DNA of 64,000 nucleotides. It comes from Leptogorgia sarmentosa. Its lineage: Eukaryota. Under the pieces are notes generated by a model. That model was not told where the DNA came from and ran no database searches. It worked only from the letters and a program-made list of their open reading frames with translations. Within the stretch, counting starts at the first letter, position 1, and every line of letters begins with the position of its first letter. A program made the translations under genes and the position numbers. Shown here in pieces: positions 37,801 through 52,800 of this stretch. The stretch is from assembly GCA_964658305.1 (NCBI GenBank), contig OZ210884.1, positions 3,348,001-3,412,000 on the forward strand. Direction: 5' to 3'.

Positions 37801-40800
37801 GTCGAATAAACATCACTTCACACGTTCAACCCTTTTTGCTCGAAAAAAAATCATTATAAATTTCTTCCAAACCAAAACACCAAGACAGTAAGGAGGTACG
37901 TGTGTTTCAGGTAAATATTGTAAAGTTGGTAGTACAAACTTCAGACAAAAGTCAAATTTGCAGTATTTTTGGCAACGCCATGTGTGTACACGTGTAATAT
38001 ATCCCGGAATCGAATTGCCCTTACTGTAACAGTGAGTTCCATTTCCAGTGAATCCAGTGTTGCAATCGCATTTATATGAACCAATCAAATTAGTACAGGT
38101 AGCGTTCACATCACAATTACTTTCGCCATTGGTACATTCGTTTTTGTCTAGAAAATATGATTGATAAGAGGTTAGAAATTGAAATTGAAATTTTATTGAA
38201 CATTTATCCACCTTTTTTAGATTATTTTCAATTACACGCTTTTCAATTTACAACGACACATTTTCTTTTACGAGAACACAAAGTGTGTATAAGGACACGC
38301 TGTTTTAATGCCTGCTGCCCGGTGTGAGGACACACACTGAGCGTAACATCACAGTATTTGCGTCGTATCACATGTCAATCTTTCTTTGAATGCGAATATA
38401 TGTTGGCTATAATTCAGGAATAGAAAACATTTTCCATGTTTACATCGAGTTTTGTAAACACGAGTGCAAGTTTGGAGAACGAGAAATGTGTGGAAACACG
38501 AACTCGAAGCGCGAAGGTTTCCACACATTTCGAGTTCTCCCAAACTTGCACGAGTGTTTACATAACTCAATGTAAACATAGGAAAATGTTTTCTATTATT
38601 TTTATAAAATAACACGTTGGCAAAAGGGAATAACGGAATAGCGAGAGGCAGCGGTAAATAGCAAGAACACGGCTGTTAGCCAATCACGCGCCCGCAGTCT
38701 TTTTCATTTAGTTCCGGTTATTTTATAATGATTATTTGTAACAACATGCTAATATGATAAATTAATTGTATTCTTGCTTTCTTAGATCCAAACAGTACTA
38801 GCTGCCAATTAATTTTTTACCGGGATTCATTGGAAAAAGATTTTTAATACAGTAAATAAATATATTGCACTAAAAATCTCCGTTTTTAAATATTCCTCTT
38901 CTGTATAGAGGCTATTTGAGGTAAAAAATAAAGTCCTAGTTTCGTTAATTTCAAAATACCCAACGAAACTTTTGTAATTTTGTTTTCAACACGCGATTAT
39001 AGATGAAAGCGTCAAAGCGATGCAAATTATTTGCCGTACCAATGCAGTTTATTCCATTTCCTTCAAATCCTTCGTTACATGCGCAATTGTAAGAACCAAC
39101 AGTATTTGTACACGTGGCATTGTCGTGGCAATCGTTGACACCGTCACATTCGTTTATCTCTGAAACACGAAAGAAAACTTTTTTTTTCAAAATCATTACA
39201 TGCGTTTAGTCGCAGTTTTGGTTGCAATTATCTCTGAGTCAATGAATGCTTTTAGCTGCTATCCATAATACGAGCTGGTAAAGCATATGCCATGCATGTG
39301 AATGTTACGAAAATATGAAAAGGACGCGAGATTCTCAGGATTAAATAGCTATAACTATAACTGCAATGAATATGACTGTACACGTGACTATCACACTAAC
39401 TGTCTTGTATCTGACTGTATTGTCTATCTAACTGCGGCTATAACTATAATGATCACTACAACTTTTGGTATACTATGGCCATAAGCGTTCATCTAAACTA
39501 CCTTCACACTCTGTCCCATTTCCTGCGAATCCTTCAAAGCAGGTACAATAGTAACTTCCTGATGTGTTCGTACACGTTGCATTTCCATCACATGGCATAA
39601 CGCTTTGGCACTCATCGATATCTGAAATAATACATGTCAATGTAATGAACAATTCAATTTTCTCAAAATTACCCATGATTTTAATGCAGGTGATCTAACG
39701 TGCTATTTCGGTAAATGCCATGTGCATACGGACCGCATTTTTAAGGGAAGGGGAGGGGGAGGTGGCAGGAAGATCTCACGAGGCGCCACCATAATTGGCA
39801 CCGAGCGAAAAAATGTTGAACATTTAGAACTTCTAAGTTGCCAGGAACGACGATTTGAAAATACTAACTGCCCGAGTTACGCTCAAAATTTGCCCTAATG
39901 TTCGGCCTTGAATTTTTTTTAGTTGGGCAGTTGCACCCGTCCCCCCCCCCCCCCACCCTCCCCCCTCGCCTCGTATGCCTATGGGTTATGTAGACGGTAA
40001 TCCTATGTAGAAACTAGGTGGATCTGCTCAGTAGTCAGGTAAAATTGAACGTCATCACGAAATATAGCTTGCGGATATCTTTCTTGATACAATTCTCGAA
40101 TTTCAATATCATATCTTCTTAGGTTTTTCAAAACTTTGAATGTAATGTGATATGCAGTCCATGCTTTAATATCTGATTCGAAAAATTCTGCATTCAGATG
40201 AATTTATAGTTAAAACAGAAGTAATCTTTCTGCGTACCAATGCAGTATGTTCCATCGCCTTCAAACCCTTCGTTACATGTACAGTTGTGGGAACCAACTG
40301 TATTCGTACAGTTGGCATTCTCGTGGCAATCGTTATCACCATCACACTCGTTTATCTCTGAAACACGAAAGTAAAACAAAATTTAAACGACACTTTCAAA
40401 AACAGTCATGTATCAGTCGGAGTGGTAATAAATATACTGAATGCTTGTAACTGCTGGCCAAAACACGACCAGGTGGCTCTAAAATCATGCAAAATGAAAG
40501 AGATACAGTGGTTGAGTGATGAGGGGCGATATATGACAAATTAATTATCAACAGGGAAGATGTGGAAGGCATTAAAACAAATAATCATAAATGACTATAT
40601 CAATGAAACTATATTGTATTTAACGCGTGGCTTTACTGTAAGTACTGCAACTAAAACAGTGGTTATATTGACTATTGTTATAATGGTCGCTATACTCTAT
40701 AAAAATTACTCGGACCACAAGCGCTATTCATGATATGAGATTTATATAACATGATTGTACATATTTAAGCTAATTTACCTGTGCATACTATCCCATTGCC

Positions 40801-43800
40801 ACTGAATCCCTCGCGACAGGTACAGTTGTAACTTCCTTTTGTGTTCGTACATGTTGCATTTCCATCACACGGCATATTCTCGTCGCATTCACTGATATCT
40901 AAAGTAGTACATGGAGATGTATTGTAACCAATAGGTACCTGTTGTTCACTGGGTTAGCGCCAACCCCGGGTTACAATTTGACGCACTGCTTTAGTTTCTG
41001 TATTTCTAGACGTTCGTCTCTTTCAAGACTTCACAAGACAAAACTACTATTGATTCCGAAAAGATCTGTGAAAAAATATGTCCAAGCAATTAAACAGGCT
41101 GCTGGGAAATTTCCTTTGAATTTCCTTTCACCCTGGATTAAGCTAACCATCTTTTTAACAGCTACCCTCTTATGATCTAAACTGCTATTCAGTTCAAGTA
41201 AATAAGTCAAATCTTCCTAGAATATAAGTGGAATCATCAGTATTCAGATAAAATTGCCAGAAGGATTATATAGTTCGATAATTCGCAGAACGGCAATGAT
41301 GATCTTCTTTCTTTCCGTTGTCTCTATTTAGACTGTAACTGCCGAGTGAAGAGTGGCATAATTATAAAAAAAAATATTTAAACATATTATTTTGAGAGAC
41401 AAGCTGAATTAACAGGGATCGGCATGATTTAAAAATGAAGGTCGCCAATGATTCATGCTATAAAATAATGTTAAAGTGTGAATAATCGGGCAATTCCCCT
41501 AAAATATCTTGGTTGTTTACGATAGGTTCGGAAAATTTGCCTCAAATTCAACATGCAAGCGTGATATATTTCACAAACCTTCACAGAACGTTTCATTTCC
41601 TCTAAAACCATCATTACACGTGCACCAAAATGACCCAAACGTGTTGTTACAAAATGCATATTTTTGACAAGGAGGTGGGTCATTATCACATTCATTGATA
41701 TCTGCAACACAGATTGAGAAACATTGTCCTGACAAAAATCTACGGCAAATTAATGCATGAATATTAAATTAACCATGATTACTGGTATCGGTGAGCCATA
41801 TACTGGTGATTTTTTTATAGAGATTTGGATTAGAGTAGCAGGAGGGAGAAAGGGCGAGCGGAGAAGGCAGAGGGGGAAGGCGAGGGCTAGGTGGCAAGGC
41901 GATAGTGGAAGGGGGAGGGCGATCGAGGGGAAGGCGAAGGGGCAAGGTAGAATAAGGGGGAGGGCGAGGGGAAACAACAATAGTGAAGCAGGCAAATAAA
42001 CCTCAGATATTCATAGTTTAGTCGAGAAAATATATTTAAAGTATCCTTAAACAATAATGTTTTTACTTGTGCGGTAAACATTTTACATTTGAATTTCATC
42101 ATCAAAATCTCTTTAAAATATCATTTTTTATTGGTGTCAGAAAACCATTTTGATTTTGGCCGAAAATCTATTTTCGGCACCTAAAAATTGAGGCAAAGAC
42201 TATGCTCCCCAGCCCTTCCTGTGGGTACTCACGTCCGCCCTCCTTGTTACGGTCGTGCACGGATAAGAATACGAAAAAAAAAGAAGACGGCAATGAAAAC
42301 AATACTGTTTTCATTAATGATGGGTTGTATGTATGGTTAATACACGATTATTACGACGAAAGTGAAACCAAAAAAGGCTTATGGCGTAAACCTACCGTCA
42401 CAAGCTCTGCCATCTCCAGTCAGGCCTTGATTACAACTACAAACTGGAGTACCGGTAATATTGTTGCACGACGCATTTTGATGACATATACTGCCATCTA
42501 AACATTGCACAAACTCTAGAAAAAGGAAACGGTACAATTTAAGCGGTTATATATCCCTAAATGGGCAGGGGAAAATTGCTTTTCTATTATATTTGAAAGA
42601 ACTTTGTTCAAACTTTGACAAGCAGCTTGTCACTGCTTGTGAATGTGTTTCTGTTTTGAAATGTTTTGATCATGATGGAACTCTCAAATTAATCGTTGTC
42701 ATTTGCGTGTCGTAGCCACGGTTATAGTTGATTTGGACAAATCAAAAACTCCAACTTATGCGTTCTGCGCATTCACTCTTAATACTAAATTGATTATTTC
42801 CTTAAATTGTTGATTTTTCCTGCTATGTCGATGAAAGATAACTGACATACCAAACATATCCGTAGCTAAAGCATATTTTTATATATTCGTGTTCTGCTCG
42901 AAGGATTTCCTTTGAAATCAGTTGTTTTTCAATTAATTTCAAAAGAAACCTGGCAGGCTGAACATGAATAATTATATGAATATACATGAATATACCCCCC
43001 CCCCTCCCAATCAACATCCTAGATACGCCCCAGATAGCAGGTAATAATAATTATTATGAATGCTTTTCAACGACTTGATGCTAGCCCAAAGTTAAAAGGG
43101 CATCACCGCACCGCGCAAACTGTACACAAAATGTGGATTCGATAGTTTTGTAGCAATATAATTTTTTCAAGCAGCTCTCAGACCACGATTGCTTAAGAAC
43201 ATAACGAGAAACATATGAGTAGTAAGATGAACGAATGAAATTCGTGAAGAAAATTTGTCTGATTAGTGATTTAAAGACTATTTCTCACCTGTGCAGTCAA
43301 AACCATCGCCAGTAAACTCTTCATCACAACGACAAATGAACGATCCAAGATTATTTTCACAAGAGGCATTGGCGTGACAAGGGTTTCCTCCACATTCATC
43401 AATATCTATATGGTTGAATGCATAAAATAAACCAAAAGTTAAGATTATACGACTTTCTTCAGAATGTTTCGATCTCACATCCAAAGAATCATTAATAATT
43501 CCCATGAATATTACAAAAGAAATGAATGTTGAATTGGCAAAAAGTGTACTGGACAAGGACGACGTCCATCAGGTATAAACATAAGGTAGAAAATGACTAT
43601 ATGAATAAGCTCCCACTCCCCCTTCTAGTACCTTGAAATATTGCAAATTCAGTTTTTTAAGTTCCAGGACTGTTAGATCGATCAAATCCTGACATATCTG
43701 ACAGCTTGTTCTATACACGGTCGAACTTGACTTGCTGATGTTAAACTGACTAACTTTCTCAAAAATGTCCCTGTTGTTTGGTAATTTTTGGTATTCAGGA

Positions 43801-46800
43801 AATTAAAAATATTATACTGCCGTGAAAATAGTGATCATGAAATTCTATTTAAATTTTCAACCATTAAATAATAAAAAGTTATACCTTCGCAATATCTTAT
43901 AACATCGCCATTCCCTGAGAAACCCGCCTTACAGTTGCATTCATAGGATCCTGGGATATCAATACATGTCGCATTATCGTGACACACATCATCACACTCA
44001 ATTATATCTGAAATGAAAAAAAACTTGAAAATATCAATTTATGGCTGCATTTTCCTTTTCGGAAGGAATTCACCCGAACGTAGTAGCTAAGTACGGAAAA
44101 TGATTTCTAACGCGGTAAATTGCGTATTATGGAAAGAAAAACTAAATGTTTACAATGGACAAAGTATTTAAAGCGTAGTTCTAATCTTTATTTAATAAGT
44201 AAAAAATCAAAACAATTTATTTGTGGATGCCATCAGGGTGATGACACCAATGTAAATTTGTCAAAAAATGAAATATGTAAGGCAAATTAAAAAAATAAAA
44301 AAAATTCCAAACTGCATGGTATTTTGGGGAAGGGAAGCTGAATAACGGTTCGCCCGACACACAAGAATGCACATGCATGACACTAATCTACAATAATGAA
44401 CTCGTGCAGTTAAACTAACACACGATTTATAAAACCATGAAAGCAGTAGCTACGTTCAAAAATTTTCTTTCGAATCTTTTACGACAATTTGCTTGTTTGA
44501 ATAAATGTAGCTACATGTATTTTAAAAACAAAATAAAAAAGGAAAGGTAGGTTAAAAAAATAATGCAATAGTAATGTTATTCAGCGTGGCAGTCTAAAAG
44601 GTGGAAAAAATGACCCCATAAAATATAGAAGTAATACGCTAGTGAGTTTTACACAAATTAGCAATTTGTATCCATTTACCTGTGCAATTTATTCCGTCTC
44701 CAGTGAAACCATCGTAACATTTACAAATATAAGATCCATACGTATTGTTGCAGGTTGCGTTGTCGTGGCAAATTCCTTGCATACATTCATTGATATCTTA
44801 ACAAATAATCATTAACAAAATTAGATAATTAAGACTCGACCAGATTTTACGGGAAAATATAATATACATGCAATCTTACATTGTCTCATGGAAAAAAATA
44901 TAATTTTTTTGGATAAGATGTCAGGATGAAATGAACAACGAAAGCGGCATATCAATTATTATTTTTTATTTATTTAAGTTTATCTTATGTATAACGTCAA
45001 GCAAACATGGTATGTGTCATTAATTTATATAAAAAATAACCTGTGAAATAATAACAACTTGTTTTCATTTCATACAGAAAACGAAATCTGGCTAACGAGC
45101 ACGAATACCTTCACAACCGACGGAATATCCATCTCCTGAAGTTCCATTCATACATTGGCAATCATACGAGCCAGCTGTATTTATGCACGTCGCAGTCTCA
45201 TTGCATTCGTTTTGCATGTCACATTCATTTATATCTAAATAATAAAGTGAATTTCGTGTATCATTTGTGCTTGATATGTAATGTTTATATAAAACTTGAG
45301 AAGATATTTGTCGCTGCATTGTATTGCATGCACCTGTTACCTCTAATCGTGTGAACGCGTGGTCTATTATGGGTGGACGTCAATTCTACTTTTGTTTACC
45401 TTCGCAGATCGTTCCATTAAGAAAATATCCATCATTGCACGTGCAGTTAAAGCTATCCAGCTTGTTGGTACACATGGAAAAATCTCGACAGTATGTTCCA
45501 GCACAGCATTCGTTGTAATCTTAAACGTTGAGAGTTATAATAAGTTGACAAACGTTTAGAGTAAATGTAACTATGCTGGTTTGTGAAAATCACCTGATAA
45601 AGGGGTATGGAAATGAAAATTATAGAGATTGAAAAGGACTAAAAATTCTTTGAATTGTGCAGAAAACTATCGTCCAGCCACTTATAAAAACATATATTAG
45701 ACGATTTTCGTACCAATTCTTATCATTTTGATCAACACGAGGTAAAAAATCGACAATGAAGGATGATGAATACTAAAATTTCTATGTATCTTCTATCAAG
45801 AAGCCACTTTAAGATTTCTTCTTCTATTAGAGATTGCATGGTAAAAGGCAAGATTAAAATCTTGGTAGTAGATACTGAATTTCATTTTTTTCGCAATCCG
45901 ATGAAAGGAAAGAAAAAAGGAAGAAAAACTTGATATAACTGGATTGAAATTATACATAAATGTTGGCACATACCAAATGCAACGATTAAGTTCACTGGTC
46001 CATCACTTGTGTAAAGAACATCCACCTTCCTCCATGTGCGTTTGTGATATTTGTCAATTCTGTCATTGTCTTTATCCAAGACGTACAAATGCATATAGTC
46101 TTGAGCCAAATCAATGTCACCGTCATAGCTAATATTGAGAGGTTCTGTCTGCCCTGTTTCCCAGAAGGTCTTCATTAAATTGTCTGTCCCTGGAGAGCCG
46201 TCAAAATTACTCCAGTAAACGACTTTATAGTGTTCATCAACAGACAATGCTTGAGCTGAGCCATCAAAGTCAATTTCTTGCGTCGCAAAGGATACGATGT
46301 CAAACAAAACAATAGGAGGATCTGATGACCTGGCAATTACCAGCAAGCTAAAAAAATGATGAAAAGTTAATTGTCTTGGTTGTGAAAAATTGATAAAATC
46401 AGGCAACTCTGCATGCTCCGGCCGTCGACACCTTTAAGAGAAACCCTTTCGAAGAAGCCGTAACTAACTCCCTAGGAGCCCTTAAGAAAGGCTTAAGGAT
46501 AGATAATCTATACAATACCTGCTACAAGGTATATATTCCAATAATAACTTATACCTATAGCTACCTATATATACGTATTCAAATCCATCATTTTCAAAAA
46601 ATACTGAAACATAAGAGAATGTGGAACATACTCATTTTTAATGTCAACCTCCAGGCCTTTTACATCGGAAAGAGAACTGAGAGCTTGAATCGGTTGATCT
46701 TGACCACTGCTAATGTTAACTGAGTGGATATCAGAGGTGAGTCTGTTCAGGTAGTACAGAACACCACGTTTACCATCGTATGCAAAATACATAATCTTGT

Positions 46801-49800
46801 CATTGCTCAACAGAACCGCTATATCCGCGCCATTCAAACTACTACTGTATAAGTTATCATTATCACCGTTGTAGTACAACAGTTTTCGATTGTTTCTGTC
46901 ATATCCCAATACACTATCTGTTACAGGAATCATGACGGAAGAGTTTGAGACGATGTGTGATGATGTCGAGTAGTAAAGTATTCCTTCCTCGCAGATTTCT
47001 AAAAGAAGCATCAATTGGCTCATTTTTTACTTAATCAAAACTGTATGAAAAATTTTGAACATTCAGGCTCTCTGGCTCGCCGGAAATGACCATTTCGGAG
47101 TCCCTATTCGACCTTTTTAGTTGGCTTTTTTGGGTTTACAAATGAAAGATTGGTCAATAAAGTAGGGTTTTAATATTTTTTTTAATTCCAGCATTTTTTT
47201 TTGGGGAGGAGGGGGGGGGGGGGGGAGCCTTGGTTCCTACGTCCCTTTTTTTAAGTTTTACCTAGAAATATGGCGAGATTTCCTAAACTTTTGAGAATTA
47301 GCGTAAGGGGTCAAGATCTAACCCCATCGTCAAATCGCAATTTAGTTAGAAGTGTTTCATATATAACATATACAGTTTATCCAGGTAGATATTTGAATAC
47401 AATCCCATCGTATTTTCCTACCTGTGCAGTTGAAACCATTTCCTGTGAAACCAGAGGAGCACGTACAGGTAAATGATCCCTCACTGTCAACGCAATCTGC
47501 ATTTGGATCACACGCACCTCGGTCACATTCGTTAATATCTAATAAAATAATAAAACTAATGTTAGTCTGATTCGTACGTCCAATGCAGAAATTTTCTAAA
47601 TTAATATGCCTTTGACATGTCACCATGCCTACGCCAAAGCCTCAAAAGTATTTTAGAACAAAATGTTGCATTCAATTTTTTAATTGAGATTTGTGTTGCT
47701 TATTTTTTAATTAACATTACTTCAAACTTTCTTATTTTATCACCAAAATTCGTTTCGAGTTCATAGAGCTTTGAAAATACTGGGCATTACCTGTATACTT
47801 ACGTATATCGAATAATTTATAAGTTAAAAGATAGCTATAGTTACGTACTTATACAGTCGTCTCCACTGGGTTCAAAACCTTCATTACATTCACAGACAAA
47901 GCTTCCTGGAGTGTTCGAGCATGTAGCGTTCATATGGCAAGTGTTGTTGGAGCAACATTCGTCGATATCTAGGATTCAATAAAAAAATTTATGTTAAAAT
48001 ATTGGGTAAGCAAAAAATATACTCCCATCGTGTTTATTTTAACGATATGGCATTAATTCTTCGGCCTTCTTGCATGCAAATCACCATAGATCCACCATAG
48101 TATAAAACAATATTTAATGTCATTATATATTACTACAAAAAAATGATCTTAGAATGTTAACATTGTTTGCTTACCAAAGGCGATGATCAACTCTTTAACA
48201 CCAGTTGTAGTATGCAACTCCCAAAGTTTCACCAACGTTATTCGTGAGTAAACGTCAATGCGGTTGTTGTCTTTATCCAGTACATAAATATATGATCTGT
48301 CTACCACGACACAAATATCTGTATTGTACTGGATACCGAGGTCTCTAGTCATTCCCGAAGTAACATATGTACATACGACTATAAACAGGTTATTGGGCTG
48401 GTCATAGATGACCCAGTATATTGTACCATCATCAAATACGTAAAGTGATTGACCAACACCGCGATCGTATGTGATGATTCGAACTGACGCGCTTTCGCCA
48501 AGATCATACAGCACAAGCGATAAATTGTCGGCAGATATGATAACGAGTTTGCTAAAAATGACAAAATTCATAAATTAACCCACATTGATAATAATTATTT
48601 GCTACTTTAAATTTGAGTGTGCTTGAAACTTTTCTCTCTGTACCTATGATGAAAATTGAGAAACAGTTCACTTAAAAAACATATATTTAATAGGGACCCC
48701 CCACTTTAATATATTGAAAAGGAAAAGAAAGTTAATGATGCAATCATTTTTTTTTACATATAGCCAGAGGATTTTGTGATCATACTCGAAATGGACACAC
48801 CATGTACTGAATTGGATTAAAACCTCACTGAATGGCTTCTGAAGTTTTAAAGTTCCGTTAGGAAACTAATGAACACTTTTTATTTACTTACTCATTTGAT
48901 ATATTTATGTCAAGATCTTTGATGTCGGAAAAGTGAGCCAGAACGGCAACTTCGTTATTTTCCATACTTGTCAGGTTTATCATATGAATAGTTTCCAAGG
49001 CGGTGTGTATATAGTATATAACATTACGACGCCCATCATAAGTAAACCGTTCAACATCATCTACATTTTCCAATAAAGTTGCAATTGTGGAACCATTCAA
49101 GCGGAGTCTTGAAAACATCTCGGTTGCATCATAGGTTACAATTTCGCGATTGAGCCTGTCGTACACAAGTTGAGTGTCTTCGGATCTCAACAGCAATTTT
49201 GGCAAACGATCACTAGCCTTGGTGTTGTAAGAGTAGATGGCAGAATTGTTTGCATAGTAGAGAATTGGCACTTGACAAAGATCTAAAAAAGAACATGCAG
49301 CAAAGACACAGGTTTTATTTTATAGGGCTCACATTCATCACAATTTTAGTGAAAGCAAACTGTTTAGATGATCAATTAATACCGGTGATGATAATGCAAA
49401 GTAAAACAGAATGGAAGAAATAACCTGAGGATGATCTCTGGAAAAAGTGAGGAACTTTGTATAATATAAATTTTTTAAAATGATTTTTTGAAAACTTATA
49501 ACAGAAATTAATAATTAAAAATAATTCTCTTACCTTCAAGTTCACATCTGTCGCCTAAAAATCCGAATGGACAAGTGCATTCGACAAAATAATTTGGGGC
49601 CTTTAGTTTACCTTCTACAGTAATTGTTTGAATAAAAATATAGTTTCATAAAAAGAGTATTGTGCAAACTAATGGTTCACTTGAATGCAAATTTGTTCAT
49701 AAGGGCTAATCCACGGTGCAATTTGCAATCACAATTTCGATATTTTCTCAAATTTGCAAAATAAAAACAACAACTTCCACGTTCTTTTTTATATTTACCT

Positions 49801-52800
49801 TCACAATATGTACCATTTCCAGAAAAGCCAGAAACACAGGAGCAGTTAAAACTGCCAAGTGAATTAGAACATGTAGAATTGGAATGGCAGAACGTGCCAG
49901 CGCAGCATTCATCTTCATCTAAATAGGCAAAATATATCGCAGTTCATTGGCGTAGCAAGGCCGGGGGCTGGGGGATTAAGCCCCCAAATATTTTGCAAAG
50001 GTGCTAAGTAAAGCAATATGGTTTAAATTAAGGATATAAATGTTACTTGTGTTGTTGCGGGTCAAATTCGTGAATTTGGTGTCAAAAGGCCCCACGAATA
50101 ACATATTCATGCTCCAGTATCAGAAGGCCACGAATTTTTTATAAATTTATTACGACTTTTATTATTACAGATGGTTGAATTTAAACTTGAATTAATGTAA
50201 AAAAGTCCTAACGATTTTCCCGCCTGTTTTGGTTTTTTCAACCAATTCGGATTTTTTCTCTAATCAGTAAACAATGATTTGACATGCAAAGAGAGCTTAA
50301 ATGAACGTCTAGGTTTTTAATATTATTACTTCGATAAGCAGATTACACAATGCGTCTGCTGCACTAATTTGCTTTCTTCGCGTAAGATGTAAAAATACAT
50401 TTCAGTGGACTGGCTACATTTTGGTGTCACTTGTGAAAGGAAAAATCACTGTATGCCGGCAAACATTTTAACATTTATACAAGACGTTAAACAAGACGTT
50501 AACGGACTCACCATATCCAATCATAAGATCTTGAATCGCAACATCTAGCGTAATATTCCCTGTACGCGTTAGAGAGCTCTTGAGATATATGTCAATGCGC
50601 ATGCTTGAGACGTCCAATACGTACAGATTGACTTCATCAGTCTCGACTTTTATCATCCCTAGGTAGACGATATTTAACTGCATGGTATCTCCTTGGTAGG
50701 ATGTTTTAAAAACCTCGTATTCTCCTGTATTTGATCTATAACTTGTCCAGTAGATGCAATTACTATGCTCATCCACTGAAATCGACTGTGCTGAGCCATT
50801 GTAATTAAACTGCACGACGGTCCCATCACTTGGGTTGTAACGAATGATTGGGGGACGTCCTGCTCTTGCTATGTAGAGATAACTATGAAATGAGGAAAGG
50901 TTTTTAAATGAGAAAAAGGGATGGGTTTTCAAACCACTTGAAATATTCAAACTCTATAAAAGTGTATTATTAATTAACCCCGAATAACTTCAGTTGCTAC
51001 TTATTTAATTAATTGTGTTGTTTTAGGAATAATGATCATGTGTTGGAACATTTAAAACGTGTCTGAGTAGCAACATCAGTTTTTAGACAACCATTTTTAG
51101 ACAAGTTTTGGTCATTGTTTATAATTATATTGCTTCCTACGAATTCGGTATACGTACCATACAGTATTTACAGTAAAAAAAATAAATTAATTATTGCAAT
51201 ACGGGTGAGCCAGCGACTATATTTATTGTTGGCTTTCAACGTTATCAGGGTTTATTTCACCATCACAGCACTATTCAGTGTACTGTACGTCTAAATAAAT
51301 GAATATATAAATACCTATTTTTCATGTCCATATCGAGGTCCTTGACACGAGTGACAGAAGACAAGGCAGCAACTGGAGAGTTCAGATCATTGGAGATATC
51401 ATACATTTGTATTGTGTCTCCAAGATTCTCATGATAATATATCACGTTATTTTCCCCATCAACAGTGAAGAATTCTACATTAACAATGCTTTTTGTAGCA
51501 GAATTTGAACCATCCAAATCATAACTTCTCATCATGTTATCAACACTAGTATATGAATAAAGCCGCTTGTTTGCACCGTCAAACGACAACAATGCAGCAC
51601 TTGTCTGGTTAACAAAGACTGAAGGACCTTCGGACAAATTGTACGCATTGTATGATTGGATGTTAGATTGTGTTGAGAAGATTAGATATGGTATTTGACA
51701 ACGATCTGAAAAAGTAAATAAATCACTTATTTAATTAGTTTTGAGACGTGTAAATATTGTCCCCCATTCCACTCCCGCATATGGTTAGCAATTCAACGGA
51801 CGACACTTTATTTGCCAACGTCTTGCAAAGTCTGTTTGCACAAAAATTGCCACATTTCTAAAGGACCAGATCTCGTTTTATCATATTGTTAAAGTCCATG
51901 TGTTCAAATACTGTGTGTATAGTTAAACTGACCTTCCAATTTTCGACATGCAGCTAATCTAACCCCAAAATAACTCGACTAGAATAGCTCTACACCATCG
52001 AAAAATTCAACTGATACCCTGTTTCAAGTTGTATTAGTTCCATTACCATTCTTTACTATGTACTATATATCTTGATAAATGTTTTTTTTCTATCTAACAA
52101 ACTTTATCTATTACAAAATGCAAATATATTATGATACATCCTGCTCTATAAAATTTATCTGCAAAGAATGGATTTCTAGCTACAAAAAGAGAGTCACCTT
52201 CAATTTCACACTGAACTCCTGAGAATCCAGCAAGACATGAGCAAGAGAATGATGGTTCATCATTTGAGCAAGTTCCGCCGTTCAAGCATGGAATGCTAGC
52301 ACATGGTGTACCTATATTAACGCAATGGTTTATAGTTATTTTTTCAATCAGACCAGCAAGCAATTATTTTCACACATCTTCCTCAAGGATACATGTGAAG
52401 AGAATTTGTTTCAAGTAATCATCAAAGAAAATACTCAATTTGGAGACAATGATGCTAGAATAATTTTATTTTGAGAGGAACGAATACATTTCTGAACACA
52501 TTTCATCGAAGGTACGCAACCTGGAAAAATTATCCTCTTAAAAGCATAGTTGTCAGTTTTTCAATTGTTTCTATAGGATTTCTTTGTGCTTTAGCTCTGT
52601 GGTGAAATGTGTATTGTGGTGAAAATTCCCCTAAGTTACTTAACGACGAGACAAGAATCGAAAAATTGAGCAGACGATTTTTCAGGGTTAGGATGCCTAA
52701 TTACCATTTCCCAAAGAATAATTACCAACCAGAATTCTCATTAAAGTTTTTACGTGTATGGTGGTAATTTTAGCGATTTTTTTGTTATCTGCAACCGATA

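Larger units (their letters stand above)
26642..40015. repeat. Intragenic tandem duplication, unit I (about 13.4 kb, most diverged, keeps the unfused exons)
   Basis: Similarity to the other units begins at ...tgtagaaact (ends 40015; equivalents at 26641, 14215, 2246) and covers exons and introns. Confidence 0.9.

Noticed and set aside
1..40015. Repeat units as pseudogene fragments or pure assembly artefact
   Set aside because: All exon copies keep frame and splice sites, exon indels are multiples of three, and the units have private insertions and deletions. Exact copy number still needs read support.
41750..42105. R/G-rich and P/L-rich ORFs
   Set aside because: Low-complexity purine tract within an intron.
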